Source of the DNA: Candidatus Levyibacteriota bacterium
Lineage (GTDB): Bacteria > Patescibacteriota > Microgenomatia > Levybacterales > UBA12049
NCBI GenBank assembly: GCA_027459725.1
Contig: DAIDHK010000007.1
Location: 261-64,260 of the forward strand
Direction: 5' to 3'
DNA length: 64,000 nt
The notes beneath the pieces are model-generated. The model was not told the DNA's origin. It was given only the letters and a program-made list of their open reading frames with translations, and searched no databases. Shown here in pieces: positions 32,090-42,775 of this stretch. Position numbers and translations under genes: made by a program. Position 1 is the stretch's first letter. Each line of letters opens with the position of its first letter.

Positions 32090-33051
32090 AATCATATCAA
32101 TATATATCTTTGCATATCATTGGTTGCCTAGCTCTTTTGATAATTTTCATGCTCTCTCAGTCAAAACAAGTAAATGCTAATACGAGCCTATCAGCCTCCC
32201 CTTTAATTCAAACATTATCTCTTACTAACGCTTCTCAGTCAGCAAACTTAGCATTAAGTAACAATAGTAATCATAAAATCATTTTTAGCCTCAATATTTT
32301 GCCATTTAAGCAGTCTAGTAGCAGTAGTGATAGGCCGATACTGGGCTCAAAGAAGGTAATTTTGAGTTCTCCCTTTTTAAAAAATATAACTGTAAGTATA
32401 AATAATCAAGCTGTGCAGTCCTTTGCTCTAGCTGCTCATTCCAGTCAGATACTTCAAGTCCATATTCCACCTCAAATCAAACAACAAAAGCCTACAGATT
32501 ATTATTTCAGCCTTATATTATCGACTAGAAATGCTGCCGATACTGTAAATAATACCGCCAAAAAGGAAATAGATGCTTATATAAATCAGAATCTAGCCAT
32601 AGGCACTCTCTTTCTCTTATCACCCACAATAAGTCTTTTACCTCCGTTAATGCCTCCTAGCCTGGTCAAGTTAACTCAGCCAGAATATGTCTATGGATCT
32701 GCTATTAGAGGGAATATTATTCTTAGAAACCCAAACCCTACCTATCAGAATATATCTATTAGTATCATTCAGAACAATATACTAGGCGCAATTATAAAGA
32801 CTACAAGCATGCCAGAATCTTTTATCTTGGCAAAAAACACTAGACAATTTTCCTATGCCCTCGACACTCAGGGTTATGTAGGAATTGAAAATATAGTACT
32901 TAGCATTAAAGACTTGCATTCAGGTAAATCTATTACCTTAACCAGAAGTGTCATATTGCTACCAACAAAAGTGGGTATACTTATATCTATACTAGTATTT
33001 GGTATTTTATATATTATATATAAAATAAAAAAACGTTTAATACAAATGTGA
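32086..33051 (+). CDS. Surface protein, DUF916/WxL-interacting-like (signal peptide, two Ig-like domains, C-terminal TM plus basic tail)
   Basis: SLSASPLIQTLSL, NLALSNNS, C-terminal ILISILVFGILYIIYKIKKR. Confidence 0.55.
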   Translation: MKSYQYISLHIIGCLALLIIFMLSQSKQVNANTSLSASPLIQTLSLTNASQSANLALSNNSNHKIIFSLNILPFKQSSSSSDRPILGSKKVILSSPFLKNITVSINNQAVQSFALAAHSSQILQVHIPPQIKQQKPTDYYFSLILSTRNAADTVNNTAKKEIDAYINQNLAIGTLFLLSPTISLLPPLMPPSLVKLTQPEYVYGSAIRGNIILRNPNPTYQNISISIIQNNILGAIIKTTSMPESFILAKNTRQFSYALDTQGYVGIENIVLSIKDLHSGKSITLTRSVILLPTKVGILISILVFGILYIIYKIKKRLIQM

Positions 33052-33613
33052 AGTCGTTATATAGGTCTCTTTTATCAAGTTCTATAGTTTTTTATCCAAT
33101 ATATTCACCTAAATAATAGAATATATACAGCTCTTCTTTTAATTAGGCATTTTAGGTTGCTATATCTTTCTTAGTAAACGTTTATATTTTTTATCACATT
33201 ATTGCTCAGTGTGCCAATTAGAGTGATTATACGAAATTAATAAGAACTTGAATATATCAGCTTGTGTATTACTACAAGATTCTTCGTTTAGAGTTTTTTA
33301 AAGTTAATTTTAATAGTATATCGGGTTAAGTATAAAATGATTTGCAGATAAGACTAATGCGACAATAAATCAAAGCTAAAATAAGATATTTACCTTTGAG
33401 AAACTTTAAGTAGTAACAGAGGAGTCACTTTGATACTTTATGATAGGGATTATGTTTTCACGTCTTCAGATCTACAAACACATTTTCCTATATTTTTCAT
33501 ATAATATTTATAAATCATTTAAATGTTAATTTATTCTAACATATATAACATGACTTTCGTATTTTTTTAATATATCATAATATATCTCTGGTGCCTAATA
33601 TTGTTTTTCCTCA

Positions 33614-33642
33614 TTGACAGTTTACGGCTATTTATCTACTCT
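33614..33642 (+). promoter_or_regulatory. Putative sigma70 promoter of the giant integrase-domain gene
   Basis: TTGACA-17 bp-TACTCT. Confidence 0.5.
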
Positions 33643-33701
33643 AAAACTAGAGTTATTTTTATTCTTTTGCCGCTCTATAATTCTTATAATCTGTATAATC
33701 T

Positions 33702-36700
33702 ATGGCTAACTTAAATTTTGAACAGCTTTATAAAAATCACCTTATCACTCAGCAACCTCCTCTGCAGGATATATCTGTGAAAAACTACTTGTCTGATCTT
33801 CGTAAGTTCGTCTCCTGGTATGAGTCTAATTATTCACATGAATTTAGACCCCAGGATGTTCATTTTGACACAATTCGTGCCTACAAGCAGTCACTTCAGG
33901 AAAGCGCTTATCACTTATCAGACAATAATGCTAATACAGCTTCCGCTCATTCGCTTGAAAGGTATTTCTCCAGCTTGCGTAAATTCTTTAATTACTTACA
34001 ACAAAATGGATATATATATATCAACCCTTTAAGTCATGTATCACAAAGTTCGATAGAGGACCCCTTTCTTTTTAAAGCATTTAAAAACTACCTACTTCGC
34101 GAGAAAGCCAGTCCTGCAACAATTAAGAACTACTTAACTGACATTCAACTATTTTTATTCTGGTTTAGAACCACTTATCAGAACCTAGAACTAAAAAATG
34201 ATTTTTCTTCATATCTAACTGAGGAAATTATTAAAGAGTATAAACAACGTCTTCTTTCAGAGAACATTGCCACTTCAACTATAAACAGACGCTTATCTTC
34301 TTTAAAAAAATACATTAATTATTTGGATATAAAATGTCATACACCACATAACCCTATAGCTATATCTAGCATTCCCTATAATAATACTACTGTTACACCT
34401 AAAACTTCTCCTATTGGAAATGAATCAAACTCCAAGGAATTTAAATATTCTTCTTTTCCCCCACTACGAGTTTGTCAGAAACTTTATAAAGGTTTTGATT
34501 ACTTGATAGATCATACCTTAATAAATCCATTAACATATGGAGTTATTGTTGGACAATATATTATCTGGAAAACTTCGGGTCAAAAAATATTTGTACCTAC
34601 TCAACAAGTTGATTCACAATTTAGTTCTTACATTCAAGATCGTATGAATAGCGTCTATTGGTCTAGGCATCGAAAAAAATACTCACAAGAATTTCTTGCT
34701 CCTATAACAATACCTAACAATATTACAAACAAGCAATCAATCAGTAAATTTGTATCTCCGAAACTAACATATACTATTACCGGTTTTTTAGTTCTTGCAC
34801 TCTTACTCAGCTTAACTTACTTTTTTATTTTTTTAAGAACTTACGTAGTAAATCAAAGAGTCTTAGGACTTCAGACTGCGCAAAGGCTATTATCTTTTCA
34901 AGGAAAACTTCTCGACGCAGAACAAAAACCCATCACCCAGCCTACACAAGTCAGATTTAGCCTCTATAACGATCCCACCAGCTCTGGTTCTGCTCTACTA
35001 TGGCAAACCATAGACACTGTCAAGCCTAATAACAATGGCAACTTCCAAATAACCCTTGGCCAAAATGAAGAGTTGCCACAAACTATCTTTTCTAATAATC
35101 CCTCAATTTATCTGGGAACTACTATTGCCAATAACCCTGAACTAACTCCCCGAGAGGAAATTCCCAGTACAAGCTTAAGTGCGGATTCTTTAGCTTTAAA
35201 TGGTATGGCTATTGTTAATTCCGCTTCTGGTCCACAAAGAAATGTAATCTTGGCCCTGGATTCCTCAGGCAACTTACAGATTGCTGGATCTTCATCACCT
35301 ACTTTTTCAGCTACCAATGGGACATTTACGCTAAGCGGCAACTTGACTGTTATTAAATCAAATGACCAGTCTAATGGTAATGTAGTAATTGCACCAGATG
35401 GTTCTGGCATGATTGACTTACAAAAACCTCTGACAAATACTGCTTTAACAGGTAATTTCGCGGATAATCTGGGCGCCGTAGAAGTTGATGACAGACTGGC
35501 CGTTTGGGCAACCTCCAGTGCTCAACCAGCCTTGCAAATAGAACAAGACGGCACTGGTCCCCTACTCAATGCCAGTTCCAGTGGAGTGTCCAAATTCACA
35601 GTTAGCTATACGGGTACAGGCACATTTGCAGATAATTTAGCTATTAATGGAGGCAATTTAACTAGTAGCGCCAGCACTTTTGGTTTGCTAAATAATGGTC
35701 CGCTCGAACTGGATATTGGGAACTCTGCCTATGACATAAATATAGGTAGCAGCAGCGGCATCATGAGAATCAACAATCCCACGACCGCTCTTTCTGGTAA
35801 TCTGAACATCAATGGAACACAAGGCCTAGCCTTCACCGGTGATAACGCAGGCATCAACTTTAGCGGTTATGATAACCATGTGATAGAGGCAACTCAGGGT
35901 GCATTGTTGATTAATAACGCACAAATAAATAATCCCCAATTCAACTCCAATGTCATAGTTAATAATCAGCTAGGAGTGGGTAATACTTCTCCCCAATTTA
36001 GACTGGATGTTGTAGATGATCAAAAAGCCACAGCTTCAGCCATGATTACTAATTTAAATTCTAATAACTCTCCGCAAGCTTCGGTACTAGCTCTAAAGCT
36101 TGGTAATTCCCAAAGTTCAAATGGACATTTTATAAACTTTCTGGACAGTAAAGGTGAAATTTTAGGTAGCATTCAGGGTAATGGATCAGGAGGGATCACT
36201 TTTGCACAAAGTGGGATAGGAGATTTTGCAGAATACTTACCTAAAGATCCAAATGAGTCTATTCCTACTGGAGCATTAGTCTGTTTTACTCCATCACAAA
36301 CCATCACGCAGTGCAATTCGCAATCTTACTCCTCTCTTGCTGGAGTTACTTCTGCCTCACCTACCATCCTAGCCGGTCACAATAACGGCCCTGCCTCAAC
36401 TCCAGTTGGCTTTGTAGGACAATTGCAGGTGAGAGTAAGCACGCAAAATGGCAATATTCAACCAGGAGATCCAATCTCGGTTTCTGATATTCCTGGCGTA
36501 GGAGTAAAAGCCACTTCAGCAGGACCTATTATTGGACATGCACTCGCAAGCTATACTTCCACTGACCCCTACCTCATTGGTTCAATCTTAGTAGTAGTAC
36601 AACCAAGCTGGTATGACCCAGCCATAGAAATTACTAATGCTGGCAATCTGAATATCAATATGCCGACCACACCTCAGGCAGGAAGCAACACTCATTCTAT

Positions 36701-38150
36701 CTATCAGCTGAATAACAGTAACGGTGTTATCCTAAGTTCAATAGCAGCATACGCTTTAGCAACTATAGCTAATTTACAAGCCGGCATGGTCAACACAAAG
36801 GATTTAGTAGTTAATGATAGCGCGAGTTTTCTGGGGACACTGCAAGCAGATACCATACAAACCACTCAGCTTTCTGCAAATAATATTTTAATCGCAGGAG
36901 TTTCACTACAGGACTATGTCAACAATTTAATTCATCAATCACAATCAAATATTGCCAGCCCCTTATCATCTTCGATTAACAGCTTGGCGGTAAATATTAT
37001 TAGCCCACTTGGGACACAAAGCGCAGTTACTATAAACGGTAATGTGAATATTAATGGTAGTGCAAGTGTATCAGCAAACTTGTCTTCGGCTAACCTGCGA
37101 ACTACAGATGCTACAGTTAGTGGAACATTGTACGCGCACAAAATAGTGGCTGATGAAATTCAAGGATATAATGCCAGTCCAAGCGCCACATATATTACTA
37201 ATGTTACCAATGTTTACCAAACTGCCACCCAAGATGCACAACTAAATGCTAATTTAGCTGATAATACAATCGCTACTTCCAGTGCTAATGGAAATGATGT
37301 TTCAACACAAGAGTTAGCCAATCAAGCTATCACACCATTACCTAACAACATCAATCTTGCTTCATACAGCGCCCAACTCTCAAATACAAATTTACAAGTT
37401 GCTACCCTCAATGTTACAACCGGTTTGATGAGCAGCGGAACAACAAGCTTGGCTGATACTGCAATTGCCGGAGAATTAACCATTAATGGCCGACTAAGCG
37501 TGGTAAATACGGAAATTAATGTAGTCGGTTCTGATTTAGAACTACAACCACTACGTCAAGGCGGTATAGACTTTTTAGATGGTTTACTTACTATTGACCC
37601 AAATGGAAATTTAAATGTCACCGGAAACGCAGTATTTAATCAGAATATTACTGTAAAAGGAGATTTGGCTACAAATACACTCTCCCCTTTGGCGAACAAC
37701 AACTTATCTATTAACTTAGCTACCCCTTCGGCCATCAATAATCCTAGGCTTAATGTTAATAATGCATCCGGAAGTGCTGTCTTAAGTCTTGATCAACAAG
37801 GGAATCTTAGCGCTTCGGGTAGCGGCAATTTTGCCCAAATCATTTCAAATGCCCTTAATATCGTGCATGGAGCGCAGGCAGATACTTCTATTACACAAAC
37901 CATAGCTACTGCTTCAGCCGGAACTGCGGTCATTTATCGAGGCCAAACTGAAAAGACTATTATTACTCCTTACGCTCATGCAACGTCATTAATATATATC
38001 TCTCCCAGCTCAAATACATATGGCCAAACACCATATATATCCCGTCAAACCGACTCAAAAGTTGACCCAAATCAACCGAACAGTTTTACCATCCAAATAT
38101 CATCGCCCGTTGACCAGGACATCCACTTAAATTGGTGGATAGTAAATTGA
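33702..38150 (+). CDS. Giant membrane protein: two tyrosine-recombinase core-binding (SAM-like) domains, one TM, ~1100-aa tail-fibre-like exterior with a peptidase-G2/IMC-like domain; no recombinase catalytic domain
   Basis: SVKNYLSDLRKF...SLERYFSSLRKFFNYL and SPATIKNYLTDIQLF...ATSTINRRLSSLKKY; TM ITGFLVLALLLSLTYFFIFL; LSFQGKLLD; GDFAEYL...GQLQVRVSTQNGNIQPGDPI...GVGVKA...IIGHAL; no R-K-H-R-H-Y catalytic set recognisable. Confidence 0.88.
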   Translation: MANLNFEQLYKNHLITQQPPLQDISVKNYLSDLRKFVSWYESNYSHEFRPQDVHFDTIRAYKQSLQESAYHLSDNNANTASAHSLERYFSSLRKFFNYLQQNGYIYINPLSHVSQSSIEDPFLFKAFKNYLLREKASPATIKNYLTDIQLFLFWFRTTYQNLELKNDFSSYLTEEIIKEYKQRLLSENIATSTINRRLSSLKKYINYLDIKCHTPHNPIAISSIPYNNTTVTPKTSPIGNESNSKEFKYSSFPPLRVCQKLYKGFDYLIDHTLINPLTYGVIVGQYIIWKTSGQKIFVPTQQVDSQFSSYIQDRMNSVYWSRHRKKYSQEFLAPITIPNNITNKQSISKFVSPKLTYTITGFLVLALLLSLTYFFIFLRTYVVNQRVLGLQTAQRLLSFQGKLLDAEQKPITQPTQVRFSLYNDPTSSGSALLWQTIDTVKPNNNGNFQITLGQNEELPQTIFSNNPSIYLGTTIANNPELTPREEIPSTSLSADSLALNGMAIVNSASGPQRNVILALDSSGNLQIAGSSSPTFSATNGTFTLSGNLTVIKSNDQSNGNVVIAPDGSGMIDLQKPLTNTALTGNFADNLGAVEVDDRLAVWATSSAQPALQIEQDGTGPLLNASSSGVSKFTVSYTGTGTFADNLAINGGNLTSSASTFGLLNNGPLELDIGNSAYDINIGSSSGIMRINNPTTALSGNLNINGTQGLAFTGDNAGINFSGYDNHVIEATQGALLINNAQINNPQFNSNVIVNNQLGVGNTSPQFRLDVVDDQKATASAMITNLNSNNSPQASVLALKLGNSQSSNGHFINFLDSKGEILGSIQGNGSGGITFAQSGIGDFAEYLPKDPNESIPTGALVCFTPSQTITQCNSQSYSSLAGVTSASPTILAGHNNGPASTPVGFVGQLQVRVSTQNGNIQPGDPISVSDIPGVGVKATSAGPIIGHALASYTSTDPYLIGSILVVVQPSWYDPAIEITNAGNLNINMPTTPQAGSNTHSIYQLNNSNGVILSSIAAYALATIANLQAGMVNTKDLVVNDSASFLGTLQADTIQTTQLSANNILIAGVSLQDYVNNLIHQSQSNIASPLSSSINSLAVNIISPLGTQSAVTINGNVNINGSASVSANLSSANLRTTDATVSGTLYAHKIVADEIQGYNASPSATYITNVTNVYQTATQDAQLNANLADNTIATSSANGNDVSTQELANQAITPLPNNINLASYSAQLSNTNLQVATLNVTTGLMSSGTTSLADTAIAGELTINGRLSVVNTEINVVGSDLELQPLRQGGIDFLDGLLTIDPNGNLNVTGNAVFNQNITVKGDLATNTLSPLANNNLSINLATPSAINNPRLNVNNASGSAVLSLDQQGNLSASGSGNFAQIISNALNIVHGAQADTSITQTIATASAGTAVIYRGQTEKTIITPYAHATSLIYISPSSNTYGQTPYISRQTDSKVDPNQPNSFTIQISSPVDQDIHLNWWIVN

Positions 38151-38219
38151 GCCTGATATTATCATATATATATTTTGTTATATTGACAAAACGAGCAAAA
38201 AACCTGAATAATAAATATT

Positions 38220-40397
38220 ATGCAAAACAATTCATCTCTTTCTGTGAGTTTACAAAAAATCGCTGTAGTAATAATGGGTATTGCTCTCTTGGTGTTACCT
38301 ATTCTTTATACCTCATTAACAACTGACCCATTCACCTTACCAAAGCAAATTGTGATTGCTGTCGCTGCTGCCGTAGCAGTTATTGTTTATGGAATATCTA
38401 TGATTGCGGACCGTAAAATGTTTTTCCGTGGTACACCTTTTGATATAGCAGTTTTGTTATTCATAATCGTTGCTTTCGCTTCAGCTGTCTTCGCTGTTAA
38501 TAGAATCGATAGTTTGACCTCTTTCTTCCCACTTCTATTTGCAGTGTTGTTTTATTTTAGTATTACTAATCTCGTCAAGAAAGAAAACGATATAGTATTT
38601 CTGGTTAGTGCGCTAGTTATTGGAGCTTTGGTGAGCACGCTCTTATCTGTTTTTCAGTTCTTTAACATTTATTTACTCCCTTTTGCAGACACTCATTCTC
38701 AGGGTTTCACTACATATGGGTCTTTCTTAGATCAAGCCATCTACCTGGCTATTGTATTACCTCTAGCTTCTTATTTAGCTTTTCCTCTTTTTCAAAGTAA
38801 TGGTATTCTAGCCAATAAAAGGACCTTATTAATGCACCGCGATGGTAGCTCTGGGCAGATGAGCAGAGCAATTGTATTCGCATTTGCTGCGTTCGTATTG
38901 CTAATCGGCTTGCTGATCACCTTATTTGAATTATTCACGACTCAAAAGCCATTAATTTTACCTTTTGCTACCGGATTTCAGACGGCCTTTGCTTCTATCT
39001 CTCAAGATACTACTCTCTTAAAGAGTTTCTTGCTGGGTAGTGGATTTGGCACCTATCTGACTGATTTCACTCGTTTCAAATCAGCCTCCTACAATATGGA
39101 CCAAACACTATGGTCAGTCACCTTTGTGCGCTCAACCAGTTTCTTTCTGGAGTTAATTGCCACTACTGGATTCTTGGGAGCTTTATCTTTCTTATTCTTA
39201 GTTTATAGAGTAATTAAACAAAAAGTATTCTTCTTACCCCTGGTTATAGCTTTACTAGCTGCGTTCTTATTACCATTCTCTCCTGTCATCGTTACCTTGT
39301 TGTTTGTCATCTTAGGTATCTTCGCGAGTTTGTTGGCCCTACATCATCCTAATAAATTTCCAACCTTTGAGTTTCACTTTGTCGCCTTCAATCAGGGTTT
39401 GGTTAATGCCACGCAAGAAGGTAGTACCTCACGTCAGCATTCCAGCCGCTTCCTACCAAGTGTAGTATTCATAATTATCCTAGCTTTAGTAGGCATAGTA
39501 GGCTACTTTACATTTGAATACTTACAATCAGATATGGTCTTTGAACAATCTTTAGTCGCAGCAAGAGAGAATAAGGCCCAAGACACCTATGACTTACAAA
39601 GACAAGCCATCAGTATTTTCCCATATCGAGATTTGTACTACACAGTCTTCTCGCAAACTAATCTAGCATTGGCAAATTCTCTAGCTGCCAGCCAACCGAA
39701 GAACAAAAAACCAGATACAACAGTACAAAATACCATCTTACAGTTGATTCAACAATCTATCACAGCGGGCCGTGCAGCTGTAAGTGTGGCTCCGGAGACA
39801 GCATCTGACTGGAACAATCTGTCTTCCATCTACCGCAGTCTGATCGGCTTCGGTCAGAACGCTGATGCTTACGCTATTGCTACTGCTCAACAAGCTATAG
39901 CTTTGGACCCTAAAAACCCACAACAGTATATAAACTTGGGCGGCATCTATTATCAGCTGGGTCAGTGGGATAATGCTATAACTCAATTTACCTATGCCTG
40001 GAATGCTAAATCTGACTATGCCAATGCATACTATAATTTAGGTCACGCTTATGAAGCTAAAGGAGACTTGAACAATGCTTTGCAAGCTTTTCAGGTCGTA
40101 CAACAGTTAGTTGCTGGTAACAAAGCCAATAGTGATAAGATTAGCGCTGAAATTAAGGCATTACAAAATAAAATAAACTCTCAAAGTCAAGGTAATTCTT
40201 CTAACTCAGCTACTAACAATCAACAAGCCGGTTCTAACGCAAGTAATCAGCAATTAAAGGTAAGTACACCTCCAGCTACTTTACCAAAGATCAGTCCAAA
40301 AGCTGAAATTCCCGGCCCATCTGTCTCACCTGTTCCATCCAATCCATTACCATCAACAGCTCCTAAGACGACTTCTACAGTCACCCCAAAACCATAA
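38220..40397 (+). CDS. Polytopic membrane protein (O-antigen-ligase-like) with C-terminal TPR repeats and a Pro/Ser-rich tail
   Basis: About 12 TM segments, GSGFGTY...ELIATTGFLG, TPRs (AIALDPKNPQQYINLGGIYY, YANAYYNLGHAY). Confidence 0.75.
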   Translation: MQNNSSLSVSLQKIAVVIMGIALLVLPILYTSLTTDPFTLPKQIVIAVAAAVAVIVYGISMIADRKMFFRGTPFDIAVLLFIIVAFASAVFAVNRIDSLTSFFPLLFAVLFYFSITNLVKKENDIVFLVSALVIGALVSTLLSVFQFFNIYLLPFADTHSQGFTTYGSFLDQAIYLAIVLPLASYLAFPLFQSNGILANKRTLLMHRDGSSGQMSRAIVFAFAAFVLLIGLLITLFELFTTQKPLILPFATGFQTAFASISQDTTLLKSFLLGSGFGTYLTDFTRFKSASYNMDQTLWSVTFVRSTSFFLELIATTGFLGALSFLFLVYRVIKQKVFFLPLVIALLAAFLLPFSPVIVTLLFVILGIFASLLALHHPNKFPTFEFHFVAFNQGLVNATQEGSTSRQHSSRFLPSVVFIIILALVGIVGYFTFEYLQSDMVFEQSLVAARENKAQDTYDLQRQAISIFPYRDLYYTVFSQTNLALANSLAASQPKNKKPDTTVQNTILQLIQQSITAGRAAVSVAPETASDWNNLSSIYRSLIGFGQNADAYAIATAQQAIALDPKNPQQYINLGGIYYQLGQWDNAITQFTYAWNAKSDYANAYYNLGHAYEAKGDLNNALQAFQVVQQLVAGNKANSDKISAEIKALQNKINSQSQGNSSNSATNNQQAGSNASNQQLKVSTPPATLPKISPKAEIPGPSVSPVPSNPLPSTAPKTTSTVTPKP

Positions 40398-40554
40398 GCG
40401 GTAAATAATACTATCATTGTTTAGTAAGCTAGTTAACTCCGTCGAATATTTTGCTCTATCTTATTACTCCCTATGATACTGTTTTGTATTAACCACTAAC
40501 CTATTATTCTTTTTATTTCTTATAATAAGGTATAATAATAAAGTTATATTTAAT

Positions 40555-40628
40555 GGGCCTATGGTTGAACGGTACAACACTGCATTCGCATTGCAGAAGT
40601 CCGGGTTCAATTCCCGGTAGGTCCACCA
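40555..40628 (+). tRNA. tRNA-Ala (CGC)
   Basis: Cloverleaf with G3:U70, anticodon arm CTGCA-TTCGCAT-TGCAG, encoded CCA. Confidence 0.93.
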
Positions 40629-40706
40629 GCGAGGTTAAATAACTAAAGGACAAATTAGATCTAGTCGAATAATCAGATTTTCGCTATAATTTAGATCGCA
40701 TAAGCC

Positions 40707-40777
40707 GGGCCCGTGGTATACCGGTAACACATTTCTATGGCATAGAAAAGTAGGGAGTTCGATTCTCCTCGGGTCCA
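40707..40777 (+). tRNA. tRNA-Ala (GGC)
   Basis: G3:U70, anticodon arm TTTCT-ATGGCAT-AGAAA with A32/U38, T arm GGGAG-TTCGATT-CTCCT. Confidence 0.92.
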
Positions 40778-40916
40778 CAAGAAGAAAATAGGATTAATAT
40801 ATTAAGTAGAATGGAGATCGATCAAAATCTACCTGGTCTGAACCACAGCAGCTTCCCCTATATCATTTGTAGACTTACTTAAATGGTTATATATCTCATC
40901 TAAATGCAAACTAGAT

Positions 40917-42083
40917 CTATAGAGGTCCACCACCACCACCTATATACGGTATAGGGTCAACTAAAACTCCATTACGCTTAATTTCAAAATGACAGTGCGG
41001 ACCAGTTGTGTGCCCGGTTACGCCAACGTAACCTACAATTGATTGACCACCTACCATCTGCTCCCCTACATGTACAGGAACAACTGACATATGGGCATAA
41101 TGCGTCATATATCCATCACCATCATCTATCCAGACGTTATTGCCAAATCCCCAATCCCAGGTTCCCACACTAACATAACTTACAGTTCCACTATGAGCAG
41201 CATAAATAGGCGTACCAATCGGCGAGGTAATATCCAAAGCCATATGATACCATGAAGCATATTGTGAAATTTTTCCGCCGGGTAAGGGGAAGAACCATCC
41301 ACCAGAAGCAACAGGAATCGGTCCACTGTAAGTACTCGCTCCAGAAGGTCCTCCAGAGGCTTCAGGAGTAGCTACAATTTTACCATTCGGTACATACAGT
41401 ATCTCTCCAACAACTAGAGTAAAAGTCTCTGGATCTGCAAAAGTATTGAAGGGAAAATCAACAATTCCCTGCGGATCAGTCTTGTACTTTTTCGCAATCG
41501 AATAGATCGTATCACCTGACTGTACTTTGTAGGCAACACCCGTAACCGGCAAAATCTTTAACTGATCTCCCACTGAGAGACTATCACTAGTTAAATCATT
41601 AGCCCAACGGATAGTATCTTCCGATATACCAAAAGTTTTAGCTATGGAAGATAGAGTATCACCTTTCTGTACTGTGTAAGTAATAATTGAATCGCGAGGT
41701 TTTTGAGCAATTTGCGTATTAAAGACAGTATCTCCAACATTGATGGACTGCTGTTGTGCACTGGCATTAGCATTAAGCTGGTTAGCTTGAGCTGAAGCAA
41801 ACAAAGGAAAAGTCTCCTGTAAGTATGGTGTAATTAACACACCTACTACTAAGACCATCACAGTACTCACATGCAGGAATAAACGATTATATCTACCGCG
41901 TTTAGTTAAAAATAACTTAACTAAGCGGTTTTTTTTGCGTTCAAACCAGTATGAAGTACTAAGTGTACGCTTCTTACTATAGAAAAAAAGGAAATTTGCA
42001 AATGTGCTAAACTCGTGTATTTCAGCACGGCAACGTTTCCCAAACCCAGCTAAAAATGAGTGCATAGATCGGCTGGAGGACAA
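40917..42083 (-). CDS. LysM (x2) plus M23 peptidase
   Basis: YTVQKGDTLSSIAK, YKVQSGDTIYSIAK, HMALD, TGPHCHFEI; start codon uncertain. Confidence 0.9.
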   Translation of the reverse strand: MSSSRSMHSFLAGFGKRCRAEIHEFSTFANFLFFYSKKRTLSTSYWFERKKNRLVKLFLTKRGRYNRLFLHVSTVMVLVVGVLITPYLQETFPLFASAQANQLNANASAQQQSINVGDTVFNTQIAQKPRDSIITYTVQKGDTLSSIAKTFGISEDTIRWANDLTSDSLSVGDQLKILPVTGVAYKVQSGDTIYSIAKKYKTDPQGIVDFPFNTFADPETFTLVVGEILYVPNGKIVATPEASGGPSGASTYSGPIPVASGGWFFPLPGGKISQYASWYHMALDITSPIGTPIYAAHSGTVSYVSVGTWDWGFGNNVWIDDGDGYMTHYAHMSVVPVHVGEQMVGGQSIVGYVGVTGHTTGPHCHFEIKRNGVLVDPIPYIGGGGGPL

Positions 42084-42339
42084 AAAAATAGTTCAAAATA
42101 AAAAACCCTGAATACAGATTCAAAGGCTGAGAAATGGATTTCAAACTACTTTATACTTCGTCCTGGAGCTATCAGCGTAACAAATTTAAGCGCAAAAGTC
42201 AAACTTATTACCCTAGTTCAAAAGCCCGAAAGCTAAAGTCATGACCTTGCGATAAAAAATGATCATGCTGCGATCTTGAGTGAAGTCACATACTTATCTC
42301 TATTGGTATATAGAAATGAATGTGGAGGAATATTAATAT

Positions 42340-42367
42340 ATTTAGTATACTATCTATTATACGCACT
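42340..42367 (-). other. dif-like Xer recombination/binding site
   Basis: Minus strand AGTGCGTATAA-TAGATA-GTATACTAAAT versus E. coli dif GGTGCGCATAA-TGTATA-TTATGTTAAAT: 21/28 identical, same 11-6-11 layout, in a long intergenic region. Confidence 0.55.
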
Positions 42368-42775
42368 TTAGAGACTATATCTTCCTTCTAAACTCAATTA
42401 CACCTCTTTAATGTTTACTATACTACGCGCATAGTGAACATCATGGCGATCAACTGGAAGTTTTTTCTGATACGTTTTAAATAATGTATTAATTGCATAC
42501 TCTACAAATAACTCACCTCCATTCCCACTCAAAAACCTCTGAGTGTATTTTCTAAACTCGGACTGTACTAACTATATGAGACATCTAAATCTCTAACTGA
42601 AATCTAAAATTATACTCATAAAGTTAACTCTGTTATATAGGACTTGAGAATTAAATATAAAGATATGAGGATTAAATATCATAGCAATATCTAAATTAAA
42701 TCAAGCGGTTATAATAATCAAATTTATTTACATATTGCATATTTTTGTATATAGATGTATAAAATTATTATATTT

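Noticed and set aside
33228-33240. loxP-like half site TATACGAAATTAA upstream of the giant integrase-domain gene
   Set aside because: Only one arm with no matching inverted arm at the right spacing; likely chance in AT-rich DNA
33702-38150. Prophage or active integrase
   Set aside because: No catalytic recombinase domain and no capsid, terminase or portal genes; flanked by cellular genes
40733-40748. Apparently over-paired anticodon loop of tRNA-Ala(GGC)
   Set aside because: The A32-U38 pair is an established conserved feature of tRNA-Ala(GGC)
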